A DNA stretch of 64,000 nucleotides from an uncultured Pseudomonadales bacterium (lineage in GTDB: Bacteria; Patescibacteriota; Microgenomatia; UBA1400; MFAQ01). Both the position numbers and the translations under genes were made by a program. Positions 28,536-37,633 of this stretch are shown one piece after another; positions within the stretch are counted from its first letter, which is position 1, and each line of letters opens with the position of its first letter. The stretch covers positions 67,573 to 131,572 of the forward strand of contig CAYTOI010000001.1 in the NCBI GenBank assembly GCA_964439805.1, read 5' to 3'. The notes under the pieces were generated by a model. It was not told where the DNA came from. It searched no databases and was given only the letters and a program-made list of their open reading frames with translations.

Positions 28536-30800
28536 CTATGCCCAAGGAACCCATTTATTAATCCAATCTGTTATCTTTGTTGAGTCATTTATTCTATCCA
28601 TTTTGCTAAACTTATCAGCATCCACTTTTCTATTTGTATAAAAATTACCTCTTTTCTTAGTAAAGAATTTTTTCATTTCTTTATAATTATCAAAAATTCC
28701 CTTACCATCAAACTTTCCTTCTGGACTAAAAAATGTTTTAGATATAGATGCCACGAGAGCGTCTTCTCCTTCACCATCATTCAAAAAGTATTGAACACAG
28801 TTTTCCAATCTTTGCTGATAATACCCCTTACCCTTATCAGGAGTAAAATTTAAATAAGCATAACCAGGAATTACCTTAGTTACAAAATTGTCGAAGGTTG
28901 GATTAAGGAAAAATTCACTTTCAGCCTTTTTAGCTTCTGAATACCCTTTCAGTGTTCCAAACCATCCTAAGAAATTTTCACTACCATCAGTCATTTTTCC
29001 TAAAATTAGTCTTTCTATAATACTTTCTGTTAAAGGAATCGACTCGTTAATCTCTTTGGCTTTTCTACCTCCAATATTTTCATCGTCCCTTAATTTGTTC
29101 CAAAAAGGTACCACACCTAAATTAACTCCACCAACAAGTCTTTTATCCGTATCATAACTAACCAATGCTTTATTAAAATTTAGAATTCCTCTCAAAAATA
29201 AACCTTTTGTAGTAGCTGACAAGCCACTTCTATCTTTAGGGAAAACTTCCATTGGATATCCATATTGAGCGTCAACTCCAGTAATTCTACAAACATCTCT
29301 TCCCATTTTTATAAATAAGTTAGCTTCCTCGTCAGTTACAAACTCATGACGTACTCGTCGAAATACCTCATCGTGAAGATCTTTACTGTCTATATCAATT
29401 TCTTTTTTTGTATCTCGATAGGTCTCTCTCATTACCGTGTCATATAGTTCCATTACCTTAGGAACAATCAATGTTCTTCCTTTCCTTATACTCAACATTG
29501 ACACCAACGCCCCATCTATGCTTTGTAGTAGTTCGGCCCGAGCACTTTCTGGTTTGTAAGTAGGGTTATCCATCATAACTGTGATGTCGTGGACCTTTAT
29601 CATTTGTCTTATCAAATCAGCTTTAGGTTCTTTATCAATTTTGGAATTTATATTCAACCCAATATTATCTGTACTCAAATACGGCTCTTTTAATATTTTT
29701 ACAACAACCCCATAATCACTTTTATCTTCAACTATCTCAGTTTTATTAAATTTATTGATTAAGAATTTTTCTAAATTTTCTTTCATTATTTCCCCATCGG
29801 CTCCGTACTCAAACCATCTTCTCTTTTCATCATAAAATATTTTTGCCACAAATTCTGTCAATCTACCTTCAAACTTATTTCTTGAATCTTGATTAACAAC
29901 TTTACTTATTTTTTCTTGTCGTTTAATACTTTCAGAATTACCAGCAATTTTTACGTAGTTACCATCGTTAAGAATTTCCTTCAGATAAACATCTTGGGCT
30001 ACTGAAAACATGTCCTCATATACAGTTGTGTCTCCCGCTCGGAATCTTTCCATTAAACGATCCTTGTGCATACTTTTTGACAATTCTACCAATCTAGCTA
30101 GTTTTGGCTTGTCTGGGTGTAAGGAAAGAAGAGGATCCCATTCTTGTAGTAAATATTTATTCAAAGATACTTCATTTTCTTTAACATAATCACCTACAGT
30201 TTCTCTATTCCTTCCAGCTTCAGGACTTGGTTCTTCGGGTGGTCTTGGCTCAGCAGGGTCTCTTGGTTCGGGCGGAACTTCTCTACTTCTATCAGCCTCG
30301 GCTTTTTTCTTCTTGTTTTCTTCTTGAACCTTTAAAACGTCAATGTTCATTTCGTTTAACAGTTTTTCAGCATCCTGTTTTGTCATTCTGTTTCCAATTT
30401 TTTCCTCATCTACTTCATCAAAAACAAGCCTTACAGCATCAACAACTTTCTTTTTTGATTCTCTGTCTAAGATAAGATCTACAGCAATTTCATTATCTTT
30501 CAATTTTTTTTGCGCAGACAGAATAAGGAGTCTGTCATTATTAATATCTTCCTCTGATCTTTTAACTTTATTCTCTGCTTTAGGGTCCACATAAACCTTG
30601 AGAGATCTTGTAGCTTCTCTCAAGTCTTGTCTTAAATCTGGATACCATGATTCTCCCAACAATTCCACATCCAGTATTTCAACATCTACTGTGTTTTTTG
30701 TCCCGTCGTCCACAGGCCTTAAAGGAGGCTTCACCAAAACAACACCTTTTTCAGATGATACTGGTTTGTCATTAAATACCCAATCGTTTTCTCCCGACAT
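28536..30800 (-). CDS. Large hypothetical protein
   Basis: 754 aa, K/E/D-rich, Pro-rich linker, no signal peptide. Confidence 0.75.
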   Translation of the reverse strand: MSGENDWVFNDKPVSSEKGVVLVKPPLRPVDDGTKNTVDVEILDVELLGESWYPDLRQDLREATRSLKVYVDPKAENKVKRSEEDINNDRLLILSAQKKLKDNEIAVDLILDRESKKKVVDAVRLVFDEVDEEKIGNRMTKQDAEKLLNEMNIDVLKVQEENKKKKAEADRSREVPPEPRDPAEPRPPEEPSPEAGRNRETVGDYVKENEVSLNKYLLQEWDPLLSLHPDKPKLARLVELSKSMHKDRLMERFRAGDTTVYEDMFSVAQDVYLKEILNDGNYVKIAGNSESIKRQEKISKVVNQDSRNKFEGRLTEFVAKIFYDEKRRWFEYGADGEIMKENLEKFLINKFNKTEIVEDKSDYGVVVKILKEPYLSTDNIGLNINSKIDKEPKADLIRQMIKVHDITVMMDNPTYKPESARAELLQSIDGALVSMLSIRKGRTLIVPKVMELYDTVMRETYRDTKKEIDIDSKDLHDEVFRRVRHEFVTDEEANLFIKMGRDVCRITGVDAQYGYPMEVFPKDRSGLSATTKGLFLRGILNFNKALVSYDTDKRLVGGVNLGVVPFWNKLRDDENIGGRKAKEINESIPLTESIIERLILGKMTDGSENFLGWFGTLKGYSEAKKAESEFFLNPTFDNFVTKVIPGYAYLNFTPDKGKGYYQQRLENCVQYFLNDGEGEDALVASISKTFFSPEGKFDGKGIFDNYKEMKKFFTKKRGNFYTNRKVDADKFSKMDRINDSTKITDWINKWVPWA

Positions 30801-30810
30801 ATTATTTCAA

Positions 30811-33800
30811 TTATATCATTTTTAAGCCTAGAATCTGGAAAAACTTAATGGTATTCGCCCACTGATTAGGATAATTCTTCCTGAGCTCCACATCGTCAAC
30901 AAGTCTACCGGCTAGGCACAAATCTGACAACATCTTGTCGGCTTTATCTGGACTTTCTTCATTTATTACCCTTTCTAAATATGAATACCCCGCATCAACC
31001 ATATCTCTGACTAGTCTCATTTGATCCACTCTAGAAAAGGTGTCTTTTCCTCTTAGCTTTTCAAGCCTACCTAACTCCTGAAGCTGTCTAACAACAAAAT
31101 CCCTTTTATTGTTTTCTCTTTCATTTTTTTTATCTTTAACTTCAACAAACCCAAAATAACCCATTATTTTTTGCTTTGCTAAATCAACTGTAAAATTTTC
31201 ATCCGGTTTATTACTTTTTACAACCGTAATTGCACTCAATAAACTTTTCTGAATCCCATCACTTTCAGACTTGGCTATTTTGGACAAATCAATCCCCCTC
31301 TTAATTAATTTTTCTCTAGCTTCATAGTATTCCTTGTTTCTGTTTATACCTGAAGTACCAGCTTCCAATTCATCAAACAGCTTTTGATCCCAAACCTTCT
31401 CCTCCTCCACCTTTTCTTTAATTACTACTTTGACTTTATTTTCAACAGACTCTTTATTGATTTCAACAACCTCTGGTTGATTATCCAAATTTTCTCCATG
31501 CATTATTTTCCTGGCTTTCGCCAAGTACTCAACTTTTATATTAGATTTTTCTAAAGTCGGTAAAATTTTAGACCATTTTTCAATAAAATCTTTTTCATTC
31601 ACATCTTCGTTGTTTAGCAAAAAATAATTTTCAATCCTAAATATCAACATATCTAATTCGTTTGAAGTATCCCGACGATCTCCTTTTTTCCATAATATTT
31701 TCACCCCAAAAGACTCAAGTCTGTCCAGTGCTTCTTTGTATTCAGATTTTTCATTTTCACTGTAAACAACCCGTAGATCTTTCAGCAAACCATCCTTGTA
31801 ATAATTTACTACTTCAACATTATTTTTTTCAAATTCTTTTACAACTCTCCCCTCTTTTGTATTTTTCACCACACTTTCAACCACATCACGAATCTCAAGT
31901 ATTTTTTTTATAAAATTTTCTGCATTTTCTCTCTTTTTACCCCAAGCAACAAAATTATTTTCCTTGATTGCTTTTAGTGCCAATTTATAAGATTCATAAT
32001 CAACACCATCCTTGTCAAATTTTGGCAAGTTAATTCCATGACTACTAATTCTTTCTACAGCACTTTGAACATCTTCAATATTTCCATTTTCCACCAACCA
32101 CAAATCATTATACAAACCTTCGTAACTCTCAGGCTTATCTACCATCTCAACATTTTTAGGAATATTTTTTAATTCCAAAATACCACCATGTCTATATTTT
32201 CTAGCATTTTCTATTCTAGAAAAATCACTTATGCCATTTTTTGTTAACAAATATTCCAAATCATCTATTTTTTCAAAATTACCATCAGATTTCAAATACG
32301 AATCTAGTAAATCAACCAGCTCTTTACCTAACAAGTAATCTGTTATTTTGGATTTATCATCTACGGATCTATCCTTTTCAATCTTACCTACTTTAAATTT
32401 CCCCAATCTTTCAAACGAATCTTTTTTATTTTTTTTAAGTATTTCTAAGGATGTCTCATCACCACCTACTTCCGACGGTCTTGTGTATATTGTTTTTAAG
32501 TCAGATATTAGTCCATCAATCTTGGCAAAATAAGCATATTCTTGTTCCAGTTTTTTAGGCACAAATTCTCTTATCAGTACCTCCTGAGGAAGGGAGTCGC
32601 TTTTATCTTTCTGTGAAGAATTTGAATCCAAATTTTTAATTTCTTCACTTTCCAACACAATACCTTTACTAATAAGATAATCACTCAAAGAAAAACCAAA
32701 ATTCCCGTCAAAGGGCTTACTTTCTAATCTTGACACCAATCTATCAGATACAAACATCCTAACTGCTTTCCCCTTAATAACTGTTTTATCTTTAAAAGCT
32801 TCCTCTATAGGCATTCCTTGATTTTCTTTTTTCAAAAAATCATACAAAGAGGTTGGATTTTCAGCCACAACTTCCATAAAATCAAAGACAAAACTTTTAT
32901 CAATCACAAAAAACGAACCTATTTTACCAACCTTCTTAGAGTCCGTATTATCAACTACTAAGTTCGTAATGTTTACAACTACTTTGTTAGCAAAGTCCAA
33001 ATCTTTCTCTTTTAGATACTTCTCAACATCATTACTTAATATAGAAATTCTTTCACCTTCACGAATTGGAGGCTGAATGACAAATTTTTCAAAAGTATCT
33101 ATCCTCACACAAGAATAATTCTCTTCATCCAAAAAGGATTTTTCTTTGTTTATTTTTGCCTTACTTTCATGTCGCTGATTCAGTTCTCTGATTACTTCAA
33201 AAAAAGAATTATTTTTATCAAATTCATTATTCAAATCTACATTTAAAACGCTATCGTAAACAACAACTTCAATATTTCTTTTTTCTTTTTTTTCATCCTC
33301 TTCATCAACAATTTCGACCTCCAGCATTTTTTCAACTACCAAACTTTCTTGTTCCATTTTCTTCAGGTTATCCCCCAAGAATGTTTTTAACTCATCACTC
33401 ATTGTCGACACATCAAATTTATCGGCTTGAGAATCTAGTTCATCAATCAACATTCTTACTTTTTCCACGATTAATCCACTTAAATCTTTTGAATAAATTA
33501 AATTTCCTTTCTGATCTATATACATCTTTACCCCCAAAAGGTTCAAATTAAAACCATTATTAATTAACGGATCAAGATCAAAAGATGTCGGTTCTTTTAA
33601 AAATATTTCCAAAGAATCCTTCAAATCTTCAGCTTCAAATTCCATAGGTTCAACATCTTCTGACAAAACAACCTCAAACTCATTCTCTTGCTCATTAATT
33701 TTATTGTCTTTTAAAAATTTTTCAAAACCTTCTTCAGATTGCACTTGATTCAAAACTAAAAGTTCTTTCCAGTTCGGAACCTCGTCATCCTCACCATCAG

Positions 33801-33921
33801 CGCCATTTGCAAAAGCATCAGATTCATGTAAATCTTCATCCGACGTGCTTTTACCTCGAATTGTTTTTTTTTCAGTTTTCTTTTTTTTGTAATCCCAATC
33901 TTTTTCTACTTCAACAGCCAT
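30811..33921 (-). CDS. Large hypothetical protein
   Basis: 1036 aa, K/E-rich; GGAGG upstream. Confidence 0.75.
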   Translation of the reverse strand: MAVEVEKDWDYKKKKTEKKTIRGKSTSDEDLHESDAFANGADGEDDEVPNWKELLVLNQVQSEEGFEKFLKDNKINEQENEFEVVLSEDVEPMEFEAEDLKDSLEIFLKEPTSFDLDPLINNGFNLNLLGVKMYIDQKGNLIYSKDLSGLIVEKVRMLIDELDSQADKFDVSTMSDELKTFLGDNLKKMEQESLVVEKMLEVEIVDEEDEKKEKRNIEVVVYDSVLNVDLNNEFDKNNSFFEVIRELNQRHESKAKINKEKSFLDEENYSCVRIDTFEKFVIQPPIREGERISILSNDVEKYLKEKDLDFANKVVVNITNLVVDNTDSKKVGKIGSFFVIDKSFVFDFMEVVAENPTSLYDFLKKENQGMPIEEAFKDKTVIKGKAVRMFVSDRLVSRLESKPFDGNFGFSLSDYLISKGIVLESEEIKNLDSNSSQKDKSDSLPQEVLIREFVPKKLEQEYAYFAKIDGLISDLKTIYTRPSEVGGDETSLEILKKNKKDSFERLGKFKVGKIEKDRSVDDKSKITDYLLGKELVDLLDSYLKSDGNFEKIDDLEYLLTKNGISDFSRIENARKYRHGGILELKNIPKNVEMVDKPESYEGLYNDLWLVENGNIEDVQSAVERISSHGINLPKFDKDGVDYESYKLALKAIKENNFVAWGKKRENAENFIKKILEIRDVVESVVKNTKEGRVVKEFEKNNVEVVNYYKDGLLKDLRVVYSENEKSEYKEALDRLESFGVKILWKKGDRRDTSNELDMLIFRIENYFLLNNEDVNEKDFIEKWSKILPTLEKSNIKVEYLAKARKIMHGENLDNQPEVVEINKESVENKVKVVIKEKVEEEKVWDQKLFDELEAGTSGINRNKEYYEAREKLIKRGIDLSKIAKSESDGIQKSLLSAITVVKSNKPDENFTVDLAKQKIMGYFGFVEVKDKKNERENNKRDFVVRQLQELGRLEKLRGKDTFSRVDQMRLVRDMVDAGYSYLERVINEESPDKADKMLSDLCLAGRLVDDVELRKNYPNQWANTIKFFQILGLKMI

Positions 33922-33988
33922 ACCTCCATCTTATCTCAAAAAACCAAATCTTTCCTTAAACACGATATACTAATACATAGCTAATCTT

Positions 33989-34065
33989 CGTCATTGCGAA
34001 TCACGAAGTGCTTAAGCAACCCCCGACTCGGAGATTGCCACGTCGTTTCACTCCTCGCAATGACG
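33989..34065. repeat. Inverted doublet of GTCATT palindromic elements (REPIN-like)
   Basis: cgtcattgcga ... tcgcaatgacg terminal inverted repeat. Confidence 0.8.
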
Positions 34066-34076
34066 CAATCTAAAAT

Positions 34077-35033
34077 ATGGCCATCCAACAACACCCAGTA
34101 CCCCAAGACATCAGTAACTACCGATTCCGGCTAATCGGCGACATGACTATTAAACAATTCTCCTCTTTGGGAATTTGTATAGTTCTCACGGTCATTATTT
34201 ACAGCTCCCCTCTACCTTTTTTCTTCAAATATCCTCTCTCCTTTGCCTTTTTGGCTCTTGGAGTAGGCATGGCTTTTATTCCTGTGCAAGGTAGAACTTT
34301 AGATGTTTGGATCCTTGCTTTCTTTAAATCTATCTACGCCCCCACTCAATATATTTGGAAACACGGCCAAGATGTTAATAATAACCCGATTACAACTACT
34401 ACAACACCAGTAACAGAACCAGTAAACACTCCATCCACACCTGTAGTCCCAGTTTCCACTCCTACAGCCGAACCAATTCCTGAGCAAACTCCACAACCAG
34501 AAGAGATGGCGAAATCAGCACAACAACCAGTACCCACTGTGGAACCAGTTGCAGAAACAGTAGTAGTACCAGAATCTAAAAATATAGAGATACCCGCCAC
34601 CGAAGTCACTCCAGTAGAAACAAAAACTGAAACACCTATATACACCCCAACAGACAATAACTCGACTCAATCAAGTCCAATTCCAGCTTCTGAACCAACT
34701 ATAAACAACACTCCAGTCCCCAATAATCCTATTAACAACGAAGTATCCAGTCTTCCCATTCCTTTTACCCCATCCACGCCAAACACTTTAGTGGGACTAA
34801 CCCTTACTCCAGATGAAAAAATTCTAGATGGTGTACTTATTGAAATAAAAAGCCAAAACCTCACTCTCCGAGCCACCAAAAGTAACAAGCTTGGCCAGTT
34901 CCTTTTTGCTCGCCCACTAGAAAACGGCCTCTTCCAAATTCTTGCTGAAAAAGATGGCTATAGCTTTGAAGCTTACAGTATCAATCTCACCGGAGAAATT
35001 GTTAAACCTTTAAAAATCCAAGCAATCAAATAA
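34077..35033 (+). CDS. PrgI family (VirB3-like) protein with Pro/Thr linker
   Basis: QHPVPQDI..Y.FRLIGDMT.KQF, two TMs, C-terminal beta-sandwich. Confidence 0.85.
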   Translation: MAIQQHPVPQDISNYRFRLIGDMTIKQFSSLGICIVLTVIIYSSPLPFFFKYPLSFAFLALGVGMAFIPVQGRTLDVWILAFFKSIYAPTQYIWKHGQDVNNNPITTTTTPVTEPVNTPSTPVVPVSTPTAEPIPEQTPQPEEMAKSAQQPVPTVEPVAETVVVPESKNIEIPATEVTPVETKTETPIYTPTDNNSTQSSPIPASEPTINNTPVPNNPINNEVSSLPIPFTPSTPNTLVGLTLTPDEKILDGVLIEIKSQNLTLRATKSNKLGQFLFARPLENGLFQILAEKDGYSFEAYSINLTGEIVKPLKIQAIK

Positions 35034-35034
35034 T

Positions 35035-35694
35035 ATGCCAGCCGAAGTAATAAAAGCCTCCACCCAAGAACATCTCGATATTTACACTATCAAAAATCAT
35101 CTAGTCTTTCTCAAAGATGGTTCCTGCTCCCTCGTTCTCAAAACCACAGCTCTAAACTTCAACCTTCTCTCCGAAGAAGAACAAGACGCCACTATCTACA
35201 CTTATGCCGGACTTCTTAACTCTCTCTCCTTTTCTATTCAAATTCTCATTCGTTCTCAGCGTAAAAATATTTCCGACTACATCACGCTTCTCGACAACAG
35301 TATTCAAGGAACCTCTTCACAAAAAGTAAAGGAGTCTCTCCTTTCTTATCGTCAGTTTGTTAAGTCTCTCGTCAAGGAAAACAGAGTCTTAGAAAAAAAA
35401 TTCTTCGTAATTATTACTTTTTCAGCTATTGAGCTTGGTATTACCAAGTCCACTTTCAACCCCTTCAGTAAAGATCCTCAAAAACCTCCATATGACCTGG
35501 ACTACATAGAAGAAAAAGCTTCCATGGTACTCTACCCACGAAGAGATCACATTATTCGTCAATTTGCTCGTATCGGACTAAAAACCAGTCAACTTACCAC
35601 CACCGAACTTGTAACTCTTTTCTACTCTATCTACAACCAAAGCAGTTCTAGTCCTCTAATTTCCGATCAAATAACTTTCAACGAGCACCAATAA
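35035..35694 (+). CDS. VirB4/TraC N-terminal-like protein
   Basis: STQ.HL, NF.L.SEEEQ.A.I..Y...LNSL.F.IQI. Confidence 0.75.
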   Translation: MPAEVIKASTQEHLDIYTIKNHLVFLKDGSCSLVLKTTALNFNLLSEEEQDATIYTYAGLLNSLSFSIQILIRSQRKNISDYITLLDNSIQGTSSQKVKESLLSYRQFVKSLVKENRVLEKKFFVIITFSAIELGITKSTFNPFSKDPQKPPYDLDYIEEKASMVLYPRRDHIIRQFARIGLKTSQLTTTELVTLFYSIYNQSSSSPLISDQITFNEHQ

Positions 35695-35720
35695 AAGTTC
35701 TCTTCGGTTATACTTAATAC

Positions 35721-37631
35721 ATGGCTTTTAATTTATTTAATCTTGGCCAAAAACGCAGCACAGCAGTGCTAAGTCCCGACTCACAGTCGGGAGCCACAAC
35801 TTCTATTCCAGAGGTTTCATCTTCCATATCTGATACCTCCACTCCTCCAATCAAAACCATAGACAAAAACATTGCTCCTCAAGACAACAACATCCAAGAC
35901 ACCATTGCCCCATCTGCCATAGAAGTCGATTTTTCTTTTATAAAAATCGATGATACATATGTCCGCACTCTCTTTGTCACTGGCTATCCTCGCTACGTCA
36001 CTGCTAACTGGCTGTCTCCACTGATTAACTTCAACCACTCTCTAGATGTCTCCATGTTTATTTATCCTAGTGACTCCAAAGATACACTCGAAAGTCTCAG
36101 AAGAAGAATTGCCGAAATGGAAGCAGAAATAAATACAGATATCCAAAGAGGTCGTGTCCCCAGAGCCGCAACTGAGGCCGGTCTAGAAGATGCCAAAGCA
36201 CTTCAGTCTCAACTAGTAAAAGGTGCTGAAAGATTTTTTCAATTCTCTTTGTACCTTAGTATCTCTGCTGAAACAGAAAAAGACCTGAACACCACCACTT
36301 CACAAGTTCAATCCATGCTTGCTTCTCTCCTAATCATCAGCAAAACCGCTTCTCTCACCATGGAAGACGCATTCAAAAGTACCCTTCCCTACGCCAAAGA
36401 CAGATTAATGATTACGAGAAATATGGACACCACTTCATTGTCCACCACTTTTCCATTTACAAGTTCCGAACTCTCTGACAACAAAGGAATTCTCTATGGA
36501 CTTAACGCCCACAACGACTCTCTCGTAATTTTTGACCGCTTTTCTTTAGAAAACGCCAACATGCTTATCCTTGCTACTTCTGGTGCTGGAAAAAGTTACA
36601 CTGTAAAACTCGAAATTCTCAGATCTCTTATGTTTGACACTCGTGTCATTATTCTAGACCCAGAAAATGAGTATGAAATGGTTACCAAGTCAGTTGGCGG
36701 TAACTATATTTCCTTCTCCATCAACTCCCCTCACAAAATAAATCCTTTTCAAATAGCCAAACCCCAAGAAAGTAGTGAAGACGAAATGGGATACAAATAT
36801 CTATTTCTCATGTCTCTTCTCAAAATTATGATTGGTGAAATGAATCCAATAGAAGAAGCCACCATGAACCGTGCCCTTGTTCTCACCTATCGCCAAAAAG
36901 GAATTACCGAAGACCCTGCCACCCACGTTCTCGAAGCCCCAAGAATGGAAGACCTTTACCGTTCCCTTATAGGTATGGAAGAAGCGGTAAGCAAAACTCT
37001 ATCCGCCCGTCTTGAACGTTTCGTCATGGGTTCTATTAAAGGAATCTTTGACCAGCAAAGTAATATAGATATCGACGCTCCTATTACTGTTTTCTCGATG
37101 CGAGATATAGCCGACGAAATTCGTCCCATTGTCATGTTTAACATTTTAGATTTTGTCTGGACTCAGGTAAGAAAAGATCTTCGCAAAAGGATGTTGGTAG
37201 TTGACGAGGCTTGGTATTTGATGCGCTACGAAGATTCCGCAAAGATTCTCCAAGGTTTTGTAAAAAGAGCCCGCAAGTATTATCTTGGTGTCTCCATTAT
37301 TTCTCAAAATGTTGACGACTTCTTGGGTTCTCCGTATGGAAAGGCAATTATCACAAACTCCGCTCTCAAAATGCTACTCAAGCAGTCTCCTGCGGCTATC
37401 AATCAAATTGCCGAAGTCTTTTATCTTTCTCAAGGAGAAAAGCAACTACTTCTTTCCGCTGGTGTCGGTGAAGGAATCTTTTTTGCCGGTATGAACCACG
37501 TAGCTATACGCATAATCGCTTCTCCAGACGAACATGCCCTCGCTAGTACCAAACCAGCCGAAGTCCTCGCCCGTCAAAAAGCTGCTGCCGACCAAAAGCT
37601 CGCCGAAGAAAAAACTCAACCTAGTATCTAG
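35721..37631 (+). CDS. virB4: VirB4/TraC-like T4SS ATPase
   Basis: ATSGAGKS Walker A, ILDPENEY, VVDEAW, RARKY, SQN..DF. Confidence 0.9.
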   Translation: MAFNLFNLGQKRSTAVLSPDSQSGATTSIPEVSSSISDTSTPPIKTIDKNIAPQDNNIQDTIAPSAIEVDFSFIKIDDTYVRTLFVTGYPRYVTANWLSPLINFNHSLDVSMFIYPSDSKDTLESLRRRIAEMEAEINTDIQRGRVPRAATEAGLEDAKALQSQLVKGAERFFQFSLYLSISAETEKDLNTTTSQVQSMLASLLIISKTASLTMEDAFKSTLPYAKDRLMITRNMDTTSLSTTFPFTSSELSDNKGILYGLNAHNDSLVIFDRFSLENANMLILATSGAGKSYTVKLEILRSLMFDTRVIILDPENEYEMVTKSVGGNYISFSINSPHKINPFQIAKPQESSEDEMGYKYLFLMSLLKIMIGEMNPIEEATMNRALVLTYRQKGITEDPATHVLEAPRMEDLYRSLIGMEEAVSKTLSARLERFVMGSIKGIFDQQSNIDIDAPITVFSMRDIADEIRPIVMFNILDFVWTQVRKDLRKRMLVVDEAWYLMRYEDSAKILQGFVKRARKYYLGVSIISQNVDDFLGSPYGKAIITNSALKMLLKQSPAAINQIAEVFYLSQGEKQLLLSAGVGEGIFFAGMNHVAIRIIASPDEHALASTKPAEVLARQKAAADQKLAEEKTQPSI

Positions 37632-37633
37632 AC

